A stretch of 64,000 nt of DNA, from NCBI GenBank assembly GCA_025362435.1, contig JANYGL010000046.1, positions 41,881 through 105,880 on the forward strand, in the 5' to 3' direction. The translations under genes were made by a program, and so were the position numbers. Below, piece after piece: positions 30,499 to 41,455 of the stretch. The stretch is from Polymorphobacter sp. Its GTDB lineage: Bacteria; Pseudomonadota; Alphaproteobacteria; Sphingomonadales; Sphingomonadaceae. The notes below the pieces were generated by a model, which was not told the DNA's origin, did not search any database, and saw only the letters and a program-made list of their open reading frames with translations. Every line of letters starts with the position of its first letter. Position 1 is the stretch's first letter.

Positions 30499-30527
30499 TT
30501 GCACCCCGGCACCGCCTGCTCTATATC
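30499..30527 (+). promoter_or_regulatory. candidate sigma70-type promoter of the rimP-nusA-infB operon
   Basis: TTGCAC (30499-30504), a 17-bp spacer, then TATATC (30522-30527), about 65 nt upstream of the rimP GTG. Confidence 0.4.
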
Positions 30528-30591
30528 CCGCGCATCTTCACATCGTTAGCTTGCGAAGGTCGGTCGGGACGCTCCCGCGCCGCCGCCGCTT

Positions 30592-31170
30592 GTGTTTGAG
30601 GTTTATCTGGCCACCACCGTCAATCTTGCCGACCTTATCGCACCGATCGCCACCTCGCAGGGGCTGTCGCTCGTCCGCGTCCAGATCAATGGCTCGAAGG
30701 CCGGGCAGACGCTGCAGGTAATGGCCGAGGACCCAGCGACCGGGCAGCTGACGCTGGAGCAATGCGAGACGCTCAGCCGCGCGCTGTCCGAGATGCTCGA
30801 CGAGACCGATCCGATCGAGAGCGAATATGCGCTCGAAGTGTCGTCGCCGGGAATCGACCGCCCGCTGACCCGGCTCAGCGACTATGCCAAATGGGCCGGG
30901 CACGATGTCCGGGTGAAGTTCGCCGAAAGCATCGACGGGCGCGCCCGGCTCCACGGCGCGATCGTCGGCGTGACCGGCGACAACGTCGACTTCAGCGTGC
31001 CGACCGTCGGCCCGGTGACGGTGCCGTTCGCCGCGATCGAGAGCGCCAAGCTGGTGCTGACCAACAAATTGATCGCCGCGAGCCGCCCGCTCGACTTCGG
31101 CGATGCCGAACAGATCGTCGAAGACCCGGCCGAGCTTGCCGACAACGACAACACGCAGGATGAGGACTGA
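30592..31170 (+). CDS. rimP: ribosome maturation factor RimP
   Basis: 192-aa ORF, GTG start. YALEVSSPGIDRPL motif. Lies immediately upstream of nusA. Confidence 0.85.
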   Translation: MFEVYLATTVNLADLIAPIATSQGLSLVRVQINGSKAGQTLQVMAEDPATGQLTLEQCETLSRALSEMLDETDPIESEYALEVSSPGIDRPLTRLSDYAKWAGHDVRVKFAESIDGRARLHGAIVGVTGDNVDFSVPTVGPVTVPFAAIESAKLVLTNKLIAASRPLDFGDAEQIVEDPAELADNDNTQDED

Positions 31171-31171
31171 C

Positions 31172-32776
31172 ATGGCCCAAGCCGCCACCGCGACCAAAGG
31201 CGTCGCCGCCGTCACCGCCAACCGCGCCGAATTAATCGCGATCGCCGACGCCGTCGCGCGCGAGAAGTCGATCGACCGGATGATCGTCATCGAGGCGATG
31301 GAGGAGTCGATCCAGAAGGCGGCCCGCGCGCGTTACGGTGCCGAGAACGATATTCGCGCCAAGATCGACCCGAAGACCGGCGACCTGAGGCTGTGGCGCG
31401 TCCTCGAAGTCGTCGAGGCTCCCGAGGATTTCTTCAAGCAGATCAACCTGGTGGACGCTGCCAAGCTCCAGAAGAACCCGGCACTCGGCGACTTCATCGT
31501 CGATCCGCTGCCCCCGATCGAGTTCGGCCGCATCGCCGCGCAGGCAGCGAAGCAGGTCATCGTCCAGAAGGTCCGCGACGCCGAGCGTGACCGCCAGTAC
31601 GAAGAATATAAGGACCGGGTGAACGAGATCATCACCGGTGTCGTCAAGCGCGCCGAGTTCGGCCATGTCGTCGTCGACCTCGGCAAGGCCGAGGGCGTGA
31701 TCCGCCGCGACCAGCAGATTCCGCGCGAAGTCCTGCGCGTCGGCGACCGCGTCCGCACGCTGATCCTGTCGGTCCGCCGCGAAATCCGCGGTCCGCAGAT
31801 CTTCCTCAGCCGCGCCGCTGGCGAGTTCATGAAGAAGCTGTTCGCGCAGGAAGTCCCTGAAATCTACGATGGCATTATCGAGATCAAGGCGGTCGCGCGC
31901 GACCCGGGCAGCCGCGCCAAGATCGGTGTGATCAGCCGCGACTCGTCGATCGACCCGGTCGGCGCCTGCGTCGGCATGAAGGGCAGCCGCGTCCAGGCGG
32001 TCGTCCAGGAGCTCCAGGGCGAGAAGATCGACATCATCCCGTGGTCGCCCGACGTCGCGACCTTCGTCGTCAACGCGCTCCAGCCGGCTGAGGTCAGCAA
32101 GGTCGTGATGGACGAGGAGGACAACCGCATCGACGTCGTCGTCCCCGACGACCAGTTGAGCCTCGCAATCGGCCGTCGCGGGCAGAACGTCCGCCTCGCC
32201 AGCGCGCTGACCGGTCGCCAGATCGACATCATGACCGAGGCCGACGAAAGCGAGCGGCGCCAGAAGGAGTTCGTAGAGAAGTCCGAGCTGTTCCAGACCG
32301 AACTCGACGTCGATGAGACGCTCGCCCAGCTGCTCGTCGCCGAGGGCTTCAGCGAGCTTGAGGAAGTCGCGTATGTCGACGTCGCCGAACTCGCGGCGAT
32401 CGAAGGCTTCGACGACGATCTCGCCGGCGAGCTCCAGCAGCGCGCGCAGGACGCGCTGGACCGCAAGGAAGCCGCCGCCCGCGAGGAGCGCCGTGGCCTT
32501 GGCGTCGACGATGCCCTTGCCGCGATCGCCGGCCTGACCGAAGCAATGCTCGTCGTTCTCGGCCATGCCGGGATTAAGACGATCGACGACCTCGGCGACC
32601 TCGCCAGCGACGAATTGGTGGCGAAGCGTGATGGCATCCTCAAGGCGTTCGGCCTGTCGGAGGACGACGGCAACCGCATCATCATGGCGGCGCGCGCGCA
32701 CTGGTTCGACGAGGAAGTGAAGCCGGAAGTCGAGCCGGAAGCTGGGGAGGTCGCTAACGCGGATGTCCCAGAATGA
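31172..32776 (+). CDS. nusA: transcription termination/antitermination factor NusA
   Basis: Start at MAQAATATKG (ATG 31172). N-terminal domain, S1 domain, two KH domains (GACVGMKGSRV, LAIGRRGQNVRLAS) and a C-terminal acidic repeat. Confidence 0.95.
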   Translation: MAQAATATKGVAAVTANRAELIAIADAVAREKSIDRMIVIEAMEESIQKAARARYGAENDIRAKIDPKTGDLRLWRVLEVVEAPEDFFKQINLVDAAKLQKNPALGDFIVDPLPPIEFGRIAAQAAKQVIVQKVRDAERDRQYEEYKDRVNEIITGVVKRAEFGHVVVDLGKAEGVIRRDQQIPREVLRVGDRVRTLILSVRREIRGPQIFLSRAAGEFMKKLFAQEVPEIYDGIIEIKAVARDPGSRAKIGVISRDSSIDPVGACVGMKGSRVQAVVQELQGEKIDIIPWSPDVATFVVNALQPAEVSKVVMDEEDNRIDVVVPDDQLSLAIGRRGQNVRLASALTGRQIDIMTEADESERRQKEFVEKSELFQTELDVDETLAQLLVAEGFSELEEVAYVDVAELAAIEGFDDDLAGELQQRAQDALDRKEAAAREERRGLGVDDALAAIAGLTEAMLVVLGHAGIKTIDDLGDLASDELVAKRDGILKAFGLSEDDGNRIIMAARAHWFDEEVKPEVEPEAGEVANADVPE

Positions 32777-33479
32777 AACCGGCATAGCGACCGACATCGA
32801 CGTTCAGGGCCCGACCGGGAAACCGTCGGCCCCCGAGCGCAAATGCATCCTGACGGGTGAGCACGGATCGCGCGACGCGTTGATCCGCCTCGCGCTCGAC
32901 GACGCCGGCGGCGTTCACGCCGACCTCGCCGCGCGTGCGCCGGGGCGTGGGGCGTGGCTTTCGCCCGACCGCTCGCTGATCGCCACCGCCGCCGCCAAGG
33001 GCAAGCTGCGCGGCGTACTGATGCGCGCGTTCAAGACGACGAGCATCACCGTCCCCGACACCCTCGTCGAGACGATCGCGGCCGGGCTCGAACGCCGCGC
33101 GCTTGACCGGCTGGGGTTGGAAAACAAGGCGGGGCACCTCATCTGGGGATCGGAACGGATCGGCGATGCGTTGGGTGCGGGGCGGGTCCGGCTGCTCCTT
33201 CACGCGAACGACGCTGCGGTCGACGGGATGGCGAAGCTCGACGGCAAGGCGAAGGGCGCGCCGAACACCGTCGTTTCGCTGGTTGTGCCGGTCGGACGCG
33301 AGATATTGTCCTTGGCGCTCGGTCGCGAGAATGTGGTACACGCCGCCGTCTGCGATACGGCGGCGGCGGCGCGCGTGAGCGGTGCAGTTGCCCGCTGGCG
33401 CGCCTTTAACGGTCTGGATTTCAACGAGATGGGGGCGAATGCCGCTCCCGCAGAAGGCATCAGGGTAACGCATGAGTGA
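32763..33479 (+). CDS. YlxR-like (DUF448) RNA-binding protein with L7Ae-like C-terminal half
   Basis: 238-aa ORF. ERKCILTGE...GRGAWL motif of DUF448. Overlaps both the nusA end and the infB start. Confidence 0.8.
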   Translation: MSQNETGIATDIDVQGPTGKPSAPERKCILTGEHGSRDALIRLALDDAGGVHADLAARAPGRGAWLSPDRSLIATAAAKGKLRGVLMRAFKTTSITVPDTLVETIAAGLERRALDRLGLENKAGHLIWGSERIGDALGAGRVRLLLHANDAAVDGMAKLDGKAKGAPNTVVSLVVPVGREILSLALGRENVVHAAVCDTAAAARVSGAVARWRAFNGLDFNEMGANAAPAEGIRVTHE

Positions 33480-36276
33480 CGACAACAAACCCAAGCTCGG
33501 CATGCGCGCCCCGCTCGGTCTGAACAAGACGGTCGAGATCGGCAAGGTCAAGCAGAGCTTCAGCCATGGCCGCTCGAAGTCGGTCGTGGTCGAGGTCAAG
33601 CGCGCGCGTGTCCTTCATCGCCCGGGCGATGTTCGCGAAGAACCGGTCGTCGAGGTCGCTACGCCGGCACCCGCACCAGTACCCGCACCGGCACCGCCCC
33701 CCGTCGCCACCCCGGTTGCTCCGCCGCCTCCGGTAGCACAGGCTCCTGAGCCCGCGGTTGCAGCCCCGGTCACGGCGCCAGCCGCGGCACCCGCCGCCGC
33801 TGCTCCGGCTCCAGCTTCCGTAGCCACGCCGGTCGAACCCGCCGCTGCTCCGGCGCGTCCGGTCGTGCCGCCGGTAATGTTCACGCCGGTCGAGCGCGCG
33901 CCGATCCCGGTCCGCGTCGAGCCCGTCGCAACTCCGGTGCCCGCGCCGGCCGCGCCGTTGCCAGCGGTTCCGCTGCCCGTAGCGGTCGCGCCAGCGCCGA
34001 CTCCGGCACCACCGGTCCGTTCGGCACAGGCGACGCCGCGCGGTCCCGCGCCGAATCGCGGCCGCGCCGCCCCGACGGCCGCTGCGCCCGACCGGCTGAC
34101 CGCGCAGGAGCGGCTCGCCGCGATGCTGCGCGAGGCCGAGGAACAGCGGATGCAGGCGCTCGAGGAAGCGCGCCGCCGCGAGGAGATCGAAAAGGCCGAG
34201 GCGATCGGCATGGAGAAGCTTCGCGCCGAGGAGAAGAAGAAGGCCGAGGAGGAAGCAGCGCTGCGTCCGCCCGAGGCGAAGGCCCCGACCGGCCGCCTGC
34301 CGGGCACGATCACGCCGATCATCGACGAGGAAGAAGGTGGCAAGCGCGGCCTGCCGGCACGTCCGTCGCGCGGCCGCGTCGACGACCGCCGCCAGGGCAA
34401 GCTCACCGTCACCCGCGCGCTCGACAGCGACGACAGCGTCCGCACCCGCAGCCTCGCAGCACTTCGCCGTGCGCGTGAGAAGCAGCATCGCGGTCATGGC
34501 GGCGGTGCCGGCCAGGCGCGACAGGTCCGCGACATCGTCGTGCCCGAGGAGATCACCGTTCAGGAGCTCGCCAACCGCATGGCCGAGCGCGGCAGCGACC
34601 TGCTCAAAGCGCTCAACCGTCTCGGCTCGCCGATGGCGATGACCGACGCGATGGACCAGGACCTCGCCGAGCTGCTGGTCGTCGAGTTCGGCCACAACAT
34701 CGTTCGCGTCTCCGATTCGGACGTCGAAGTCGGCGTCATCGGAGCGGTCGATATCGATACCGACCTCCAGCCACGGCCCCCGGTCGTGACGATCATGGGC
34801 CATGTCGACCACGGCAAGACCAGCCTGCTCGACGCGCTGCGCGGCACCGACGTCGTCGCGGGCGAGGCCGGTGGCATCACCCAGCACATCGGCGCGTATC
34901 AGGTGACGCTGAAGGGCGGCGAGAAGGTCACCTTCCTCGACACCCCGGGCCATGAAGCCTTCACCGACATGCGCAAGCGCGGGGCGAACGTCACCGACAT
35001 CGTCATCCTCGTCGTCGCGTGGGACGACGGGATCATGCCGCAGACGATCGAGGCGATCGCCCACACCAAGGCGGCGGGCGTGCCGATGATCGTCGCGATC
35101 AACAAGATGGACAAGCCCGGGGCCGATGCCCAGCGCATCCGTACCGCGCTGCTCCAGTACGACGTCCAGGTCGAGGAGCTCGGCGGCGACGTCCAGGATG
35201 TCGAGGTTTCGGCGACCAAGAAGACCGGGCTCGACGACCTACTCGAGAAGGTCCTGCTCCAGGCCGAAGTCCTTGAGCTGACCGCCAACCCGAACCGCGC
35301 CGCCGAGGCGACGGTGATCGAGGCGAAGCTCGACAAGGGCCGTGGTCCGCTGGCGACGGTGCTGGTCAACCGCGGCACGCTCAAGGTCGGCGACGTCTTC
35401 GTCGTCGGCGCCGAGTGGGGCAAGGTTCGCGCGCTGCTCAACGACAAGGGCGTCCAGGTCAAGACCGCCGGGCCGTCGGTTCCGGTCGAGGTCCTCGGCC
35501 TGTCGGGTGTCCCGCGTGCGGGCGATCCGTTCAGCGTCATGGAGACCGAGGCACGCGCGAAGGAGGTCGCCGCGTATCGCGCCGGCCTGATCACCGCCGA
35601 ACGGACCGTCGGTCCCCCGGCCGATCTCGCGGCGATGTTCAATGCGCTGCGCGAAGCCAAGGCGCAGGAATATCCGATGGTCATCAAGGGCGATGTCCAG
35701 GGTTCGGTCGAGGCGATCGTTTCGGCGGTTAACAAGATCTCAACCGACCTCATCAAGGTCCGGGTGCTGCACTCGGGCGTTGGCGGCATTACCGAGTCCG
35801 ACGTCACGCTGGCGGCGGCATCAAAGGCGCCGATCATCGGCTTCAACGTCCGCGCCAACGCCAAGGCGCGAGAGTTCGCCCAGCGGGACGGCGTCGCGCT
35901 CAAATACTACGACGTCATCTACAATCTGATCGACGACGTGAAGGCGGCGATGGCGGGGCAGCTGGGGCCGGAGTTCCTCGAGAACGTCGTCGGCCGTGCG
36001 CAGGTGCTCGAAGTCTTCCAGGCGGGCAAGACCGGCAAGGCGGCCGGTGCGCGCGTCATCGAAGGCACGATAAAGCGCAACCTTCGCGCCCGCGTCATGC
36101 GCGACGACGTCGTCATCTACGTCGCCAACGTGTCGTCGCTCCGGCGCTTCAAGGAGGACGTCAACGAGGTCCGCTCTGGCCTCGAGTGCGGTATCGGACT
36201 TGAGAACAACACCGACATCAAGCCAGGCGACATCATCGAGACGTACGAGATCGAAGAGCGCGAGCGGACGCTTTAG
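33472..36276 (+). CDS. infB: translation initiation factor IF-2
   Basis: 934-aa ORF. Ala/Pro-rich N-terminal region. GTPase motifs [14 protein letters not shown] and NKMD. Confidence 0.97.
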   Translation: MSDDNKPKLGMRAPLGLNKTVEIGKVKQSFSHGRSKSVVVEVKRARVLHRPGDVREEPVVEVATPAPAPVPAPAPPPVATPVAPPPPVAQAPEPAVAAPVTAPAAAPAAAAPAPASVATPVEPAAAPARPVVPPVMFTPVERAPIPVRVEPVATPVPAPAAPLPAVPLPVAVAPAPTPAPPVRSAQATPRGPAPNRGRAAPTAAAPDRLTAQERLAAMLREAEEQRMQALEEARRREEIEKAEAIGMEKLRAEEKKKAEEEAALRPPEAKAPTGRLPGTITPIIDEEEGGKRGLPARPSRGRVDDRRQGKLTVTRALDSDDSVRTRSLAALRRAREKQHRGHGGGAGQARQVRDIVVPEEITVQELANRMAERGSDLLKALNRLGSPMAMTDAMDQDLAELLVVEFGHNIVRVSDSDVEVGVIGAVDIDTDLQPRPPVVTIMGHVDHGKTSLLDALRGTDVVAGEAGGITQHIGAYQVTLKGGEKVTFLDTPGHEAFTDMRKRGANVTDIVILVVAWDDGIMPQTIEAIAHTKAAGVPMIVAINKMDKPGADAQRIRTALLQYDVQVEELGGDVQDVEVSATKKTGLDDLLEKVLLQAEVLELTANPNRAAEATVIEAKLDKGRGPLATVLVNRGTLKVGDVFVVGAEWGKVRALLNDKGVQVKTAGPSVPVEVLGLSGVPRAGDPFSVMETEARAKEVAAYRAGLITAERTVGPPADLAAMFNALREAKAQEYPMVIKGDVQGSVEAIVSAVNKISTDLIKVRVLHSGVGGITESDVTLAAASKAPIIGFNVRANAKAREFAQRDGVALKYYDVIYNLIDDVKAAMAGQLGPEFLENVVGRAQVLEVFQAGKTGKAAGARVIEGTIKRNLRARVMRDDVVIYVANVSSLRRFKEDVNEVRSGLECGIGLENNTDIKPGDIIETYEIEERERTL

Positions 36277-36351
36277 GAGACTGCAAGTCGGGCCGGGCGA
36301 GCGCGCTCGGTCCGATGTCGCGGATCGTCGACCGGGACGCCGCGTGTCGGC

Positions 36352-38337
36352 TCAGCCGAACCGCTTCGGATGCCGCTGGTTGAGAAACACGATCGAGGAC
36401 CTGACCGGAAGGACGCGCTTCGGTTCGCTGCACGCGCGCAGTGCCTCCTCGGGCGTCAGCGCCCGGGAGAGGTAGTACCCCTGGAGCTTCTGCACGCCGA
36501 GATCGCGCAGCAGATCGTGCTGCGCGGCGTTTTCGACCATTTCGGCAGTCACGGGGGCGCCGATCGCCTTGCACAGGTGCAAGACGCCGACCAGCAGGTC
36601 GTGAGCCGACGAGCTGTCGATCAGCGTTGCGATCAGGCTCCCGTCGAGCTTGATGCCGTCGAATTGGATCTCTCGGAGATATCCGATCGAGGCATATCCG
36701 GCACCGAAATCGTCGAGCAGAATGCGGACGCCGCCGCGCTGTAAAGCCGACAGTGCGCATCGCGCGGCCTCGAAGTCGCCGAGCAGTGCAGTTTCAGTGA
36801 CCTCGATCGACAGCCGCCCCGGGTCGAAACCGTGCTCGGCGACCATCGTCAAAATCCGGCTGGCGATCGACGGCGAATTGAGTTCGGCACCGCTGAGGTT
36901 GAACGATAAGCCGATAAGCTTCGGCCACGCCGATGCGGCCCGCAGCGCCGTCGACAACAGGTGCATCGTCATCCGGCTGGTCATGCCGGCTTGCTCGGCG
37001 AGGGGAATGAATTCCGACGGGGGAATCACGCCGAGGGCCGGGTGCGTCCAGCGCGCGAGCGCTTCAAAGGCGATGATCTGTCCATCTCCAGCGCTGACGA
37101 TCGGTTGGTAATTCAGTGTGATGAGATCATTTTCGATCGGATCCGCAAGCGCCTGCTCGACCATGATCCGCCGTCGTGTCCGCGCCTCCATTTCCGGCAT
37201 GAACGAACAGATTGCGGCGCTATGCGCCCGCTTCGCCTCGTACATCGCGAGGTCGGCGCGACCGATTAGCGACAATGTCGCGGCCGAATTCGGGACGTCA
37301 TGAGCGAGGCCGATCGAGGCGCGCAGCCGGAAGACATGGCCGGCAACGACGAACGGCTGGTCGAATACGCGGGTGAGCTGCGCCAGCCGCTGCTCCGCGT
37401 CTTCGGACCGCGCGACGTCGCGGAGCAGGACGGCGAATTCGTCACCGCCGAGCCGGGCGATGACGGCATCGCCCATCTCGAGCCGCTTGAACCGCGTCGC
37501 GGTTTCGACCAACAGTTCGTCTCCGGTGCGGTGGCCATAAGTGTCGTTGATGACCTTGAAGCCGTCGAGGTCGATCATGGCGATTGCCAGGGCGCGAGCG
37601 GGACGCACCGCCGACGCATCCCTTAGAGCATCAAGGAATGCGCGGCGGTTGGCGAGGCCGGTCAACGAGTCCCGATAGGCGAGTTCGCTCACCTTCATCT
37701 TTTCGGATGCAATCGCGCTTCGCGACTCCACCATGCGGCGCAGCTGCTGATCCTGACGGTAGATCATGCTGACGATAAGCGGCGACACGAGGAGGACGTT
37801 GGCGCCCATGCTCGAAAACATGACGTGTCCGGTCAGCAGCAGAGCAATCGAGATCGGAATCGTGCCGAACGCGACGACGATATATGCCGCAAGCGGCACA
37901 CTCGATAGCGAAACGGCACAACTGATCGTCGAGAGCACCGCGAACAGCGCGATATATGCCTTCGTCGCCCCGTTGCCGTACGCGAGTAACGCCCCCCAGA
38001 TGCTCAGGACAACTGAGATCATCAATGCGACGGCAAGGGTTCCCGTCAAGGATGATCGTATTTCTGCAATGGTCCGCACGCGACGCGTCGTCGGCGGTAG
38101 CCACAGGAGCATGATGCGGGCGACGATTACGCCACAGACGATCAAAGGCAGGATGAAAGCAGCGCTGCCGATCGACGGCGCCGAAACAAAGTCGAGAAAC
38201 AGAATGTTGATGAAGATCGTCAGATACATCATCGGACGTTGCGGCAGCAGAGTGCGATACTGCTCGATCAGCAAATTGTCGCTGGATCTCCAGTGGCAGA
38301 CACTGTCCGCAAAGCGTTTGAGGAACCGGGGCCCCAT
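36352..38337 (-). CDS. membrane-anchored GGDEF-EAL protein (diguanylate cyclase/phosphodiesterase)
   Basis: The track ORF runs to 38505; the likely start is MGPRF (38337). About six N-terminal TM helices, an intact GGDEF (ARLGGDEFAVLL), and an intact EAL domain (AFEALARW, DDFGAGYAS). Confidence 0.85.
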   Translation of the reverse strand: MGPRFLKRFADSVCHWRSSDNLLIEQYRTLLPQRPMMYLTIFINILFLDFVSAPSIGSAAFILPLIVCGVIVARIMLLWLPPTTRRVRTIAEIRSSLTGTLAVALMISVVLSIWGALLAYGNGATKAYIALFAVLSTISCAVSLSSVPLAAYIVVAFGTIPISIALLLTGHVMFSSMGANVLLVSPLIVSMIYRQDQQLRRMVESRSAIASEKMKVSELAYRDSLTGLANRRAFLDALRDASAVRPARALAIAMIDLDGFKVINDTYGHRTGDELLVETATRFKRLEMGDAVIARLGGDEFAVLLRDVARSEDAEQRLAQLTRVFDQPFVVAGHVFRLRASIGLAHDVPNSAATLSLIGRADLAMYEAKRAHSAAICSFMPEMEARTRRRIMVEQALADPIENDLITLNYQPIVSAGDGQIIAFEALARWTHPALGVIPPSEFIPLAEQAGMTSRMTMHLLSTALRAASAWPKLIGLSFNLSGAELNSPSIASRILTMVAEHGFDPGRLSIEVTETALLGDFEAARCALSALQRGGVRILLDDFGAGYASIGYLREIQFDGIKLDGSLIATLIDSSSAHDLLVGVLHLCKAIGAPVTAEMVENAAQHDLLRDLGVQKLQGYYLSRALTPEEALRACSEPKRVLPVRSSIVFLNQRHPKRFG

Positions 38338-38539
38338 CCCGAATCTGAGCGTTTTCGACGGGTGAGCTTGTAATTTCACAAAAAGAACATAGCGCACTTG
38401 GACGGCGCTGGTGCAATACGGATTGGGCGATAACGTCCTTAACCCAATGATACCGGATCGAACTCCGGAAATGGCCGCGCGGCGCGTCGAAAGAGGATTG
38501 ACCACAATCGAAACTTGACAGCAATTTCGGCACCGCCGA

Positions 38540-38553
38540 TGGTAGCGCTATCA
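38540..38553. promoter_or_regulatory. LacI-type operator candidate upstream of the FAH/SDR/lactonase/MFS operon
   Basis: TGGTAGCGCTATCA, 12 nt upstream of ORF start 38565, with TTGACA at 38515-38520. Shares TAGCGCTATC with the sites at 45940 and 50941. Confidence 0.55.
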
Positions 38554-38564
38554 ATAAAAGAGCT

Positions 38565-39716
38565 TTGGGGGCTATGGATCTGGGCATTACCGCGGAAGCG
38601 CTGCCAAGCGACTGGCAGACCGCCCGGCTTCTCGGCCGTATCGCGACAACGGCCGGCCCGGTGCCAATCCTTATCGTCGGCGGCGTGGTCTACGACATGA
38701 CCGCCGTTGCGCCGACCGTCGCGATGTTGATCGAGCAAGGCGGGCTGGACGAAGCCCGTGGCACGCGACTGGGGACTTTCGAGGCGCTCGCTGCCGACGA
38801 TACCCTCGACCTGCTCAGCCCGATCGACCTGCAATGCGTCAAGGCCGCCGGGGTGACCTTCGCGGTATCGGCGCTCGAGCGCGTCATCGAGGAAAGCGCG
38901 CGCGGCGACCCCGGCGCGGCGGCGGCGGTCCGGGCGCGGCTCGAAGGCGTCATCGGCGTCGGCCTCCAGCACGTCGTCCCCGGGTCACCTGAAGCGGCGA
39001 CGCTCAAGGACCGGCTGATCGCCGACGGGATGTGGTCGCAATATCTCGAAGTCGCGATCGGGCCCGATGCCGAGGTCTTCACCAAGGCACCGATACTGTC
39101 GACAGTCGGCTGGGGTGCCGAGGTCGGCATCCGCTCCGATTCGACGTGGAATAATCCCGAGCCAGAGATCGTCATCATCGCTGATTCGACCGGCAAGGCG
39201 GTCGGCGCGACGCTCGGCAACGACGTCAATCTGCGCGATTTCGAGGGACGGTCGGCGCTGCTCCTCGGCAAGGCAAAGGACAACAACGCGTCGTGCGCGA
39301 TCGGCCCGTTCATTCGCCTGTTCGACGACGCTTTCACGCTCGACGACGTCCGTCGCGCTGAGGTCGAGCTGTTGATCGAGGGGACCGACGATTACTGCCT
39401 GACCGCGACGAGCAGCATGAGCCAGATCAGCCGCGACCCGACGGTCCTACTCGCCCAAACGATGAGCCAGCACCAATATCCCGACGGCCTCGCGCTGTTC
39501 CTTGGCACGATGTTCGCGCCGACCAAGGACCGCGACGATCCGGGGCGCGGCTTCACCCACAAGACCGGTGACCGAGTCTCGATCTCGACGCCGACACTCG
39601 GCTGCCTCGTCAACCGGGTGACGACATCGGACCTCGCGCCGCCGTGGACCTTCGGCGTCAGTCAGCTGATGCGCAACCTCGCCGAACGCGGCCTGCTATC
39701 GGGACCCGGACATTGA
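38565..39716 (+). CDS. fumarylacetoacetate hydrolase family protein, XylX-like (2-keto-3-deoxy-pentonate dehydratase candidate)
   Basis: 383-aa ORF of FAH-family type. Size and gene context match the first gene of the Caulobacter xylXABCD Weimberg operon. Confidence 0.75.
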   Translation: MGAMDLGITAEALPSDWQTARLLGRIATTAGPVPILIVGGVVYDMTAVAPTVAMLIEQGGLDEARGTRLGTFEALAADDTLDLLSPIDLQCVKAAGVTFAVSALERVIEESARGDPGAAAAVRARLEGVIGVGLQHVVPGSPEAATLKDRLIADGMWSQYLEVAIGPDAEVFTKAPILSTVGWGAEVGIRSDSTWNNPEPEIVIIADSTGKAVGATLGNDVNLRDFEGRSALLLGKAKDNNASCAIGPFIRLFDDAFTLDDVRRAEVELLIEGTDDYCLTATSSMSQISRDPTVLLAQTMSQHQYPDGLALFLGTMFAPTKDRDDPGRGFTHKTGDRVSISTPTLGCLVNRVTTSDLAPPWTFGVSQLMRNLAERGLLSGPGH

Positions 39717-39736
39717 GCGACTCCGAAACGCATTCG

Positions 39737-40537
39737 ATGCTCGCCGAGCCGCTGGTCGCAGCACCCGCCGATCGTTCGCGGCGCGCCCGCTATCCGAGCC
39801 TTACCGGCAAACGCGTCGTCATCACCGGCGGCGGCAGCGGCATCGGCGAGGGGCTCGTCGAAGCCTTCGTCGAGCAGGGTGCCCGCGTCGCCTTCGTCGA
39901 CATCATCGACGCCCCGAGCCAGGCGCTCGTCGAACGCCTCAGCCGCAACGCGCTCCACCCGCCGCTATACCTGCGCTGCGACGTCACCGATATCGCCATG
40001 CTCAAGACGACGCTGACGACGATCGAAGTGGCGCTCGGCGGAGTCGATGTCCTGATTAACAATGCCGCGAGCGACGACCGGCACTCGATCGCCGACGTCA
40101 CACCCGACTATTGGGACGAGCGGATGGCGGTCAATTTGCGCCACCAGTTCTTCGCCGCGCAGGCGGTCGTCCCGGCGATGACGCGCGCCGGCGGCGGCGT
40201 CATCCTCAACTTCGGCTCGATCAGCTGGCACCTCGCGCTCGCCGACCTCGTCCTCTACCAGACGGCGAAGGCGGCGGTCGAAGGACTGACCCGCAGCCTC
40301 GCCCGCGACCTCGGGCGCTTCGACATTCGCGTCAACACGATCGTCCCGGGCAACGTCAAGACGCCGCGCCAGATGAAGTGGTACACCCCCGAAGGCGAGG
40401 CCGAGATCGTCGCAGCGCAGTGCCTCGACGCGCGGATCATGCCGATCGACGTCGCCGCGCTGGTGCTGTTCCTCGCCTCGGACGATGCGCGGATGTGCAC
40501 GAGCCACGATTATTTCGTCGACGCCGGCTGGCGCTGA
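39737..40537 (+). CDS. short-chain dehydrogenase/reductase, XylB-like sugar 1-dehydrogenase candidate
   Basis: Start at MLAEPL (ATG 39737). TGGGSGIG cofactor motif and catalytic YxxxK (YQTAKAAVEG). The C-terminal KWYTPEGEAEIVAAQCL..LFLASDDA..DAGWR resembles Caulobacter xylose dehydrogenase as I recall it. Confidence 0.8.
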   Translation: MLAEPLVAAPADRSRRARYPSLTGKRVVITGGGSGIGEGLVEAFVEQGARVAFVDIIDAPSQALVERLSRNALHPPLYLRCDVTDIAMLKTTLTTIEVALGGVDVLINNAASDDRHSIADVTPDYWDERMAVNLRHQFFAAQAVVPAMTRAGGGVILNFGSISWHLALADLVLYQTAKAAVEGLTRSLARDLGRFDIRVNTIVPGNVKTPRQMKWYTPEGEAEIVAAQCLDARIMPIDVAALVLFLASDDARMCTSHDYFVDAGWR

Positions 40538-41421
40538 TGGCGTCGGGCCGCCCTGAACTGGCGTGCCGCGTCGGCGCCGAGCTCGGCGAGGGCCCGGTCT
40601 GGGTCGAACGCGAGCAGGCGTTGTGGTTCGTCGACATCAAGCGCGACCACGTCCATCGCTTCGACCCCGTCGATGCATCGCTGACAAACTTGAAAGTCGC
40701 GGCGCAACCCGGCTGGATCCTGCCGATCAGCGGTGGCGGCTTCGCGGTCGGCATGCAGCACGGCATCGAGCGCTTCGACCCCGCTGACGGCAGCTTCGCC
40801 TCGATCGCCGTCCCCGAACCCGATCGCCCAGGTAATCGCCTCAACGATGCAACCACCGACCGGCACGGCCGCATCTGGTTCGGCTCGATGGACGACGCCG
40901 AGACGGTGCCGAGCGGCGCGCTTTACCGACTGGACGCAGACGGCGTCGTCCACGCCGGGCTGCCCGAGGTCACGATCACCAACGGACCCGCGTTCTCGCC
41001 CGACGGCCGGACGCTGTACCACACCGACACGCTCGGCCGGACGATCCATGCGGTCGAGGTCAACGACGACGGCAGCCTCGGCACGGCCCGGCCTTTTGTC
41101 GAGATCGAAGCGGGAGCGGGCTATCCCGACGGCCCGGTCGTCGACAGCGCTGGATGCGTCTGGACGGGACTGTTCGGCGGCTGGGCGACGCGGCGCTACG
41201 CCTCCGACGGCAGGTTGATCGAGACCATCAGGCTGCCGACCGCCAACGTCACCAAGATCGCCTTCGGCGGCGCCGACCTCAAGACGGTCTATGTCACGAC
41301 CGCGCGCAAGGGTCTCGACGCCGCGGCGCTCGCCGCCCAGCCAGAGGCGGGCGACCTGTTCGCCTTCACTGCCGACGTGGCGGGCATCCCGGCGACCGAG
41401 GCGATCGTCGACCGGCACTGA
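40537..41421 (+). CDS. SMP-30/gluconolactonase/LRE family lactonase (XylC-like)
   Basis: Start at MASGRPELACRVGAELGEGPVW (the ATG overlaps the SDR TGA). Six-bladed propeller-type repeats with N.ATTD..GR.WFG. Confidence 0.8.
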   Translation: MASGRPELACRVGAELGEGPVWVEREQALWFVDIKRDHVHRFDPVDASLTNLKVAAQPGWILPISGGGFAVGMQHGIERFDPADGSFASIAVPEPDRPGNRLNDATTDRHGRIWFGSMDDAETVPSGALYRLDADGVVHAGLPEVTITNGPAFSPDGRTLYHTDTLGRTIHAVEVNDDGSLGTARPFVEIEAGAGYPDGPVVDSAGCVWTGLFGGWATRRYASDGRLIETIRLPTANVTKIAFGGADLKTVYVTTARKGLDAAALAAQPEAGDLFAFTADVAGIPATEAIVDRH

Positions 41422-41455
41422 CATCATCATAACTATAAAAACCTGAGGGGGTATC

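Noticed and set aside
33650-34110. Repetitive GC-rich DNA encoding [23 protein letters not shown] stretches, considered as a possible tandem repeat or array.
   Set aside because: It lies inside infB and encodes the low-complexity Ala/Pro linker typical of alphaproteobacterial IF-2 N-termini. There is no regular repeat-spacer periodicity.
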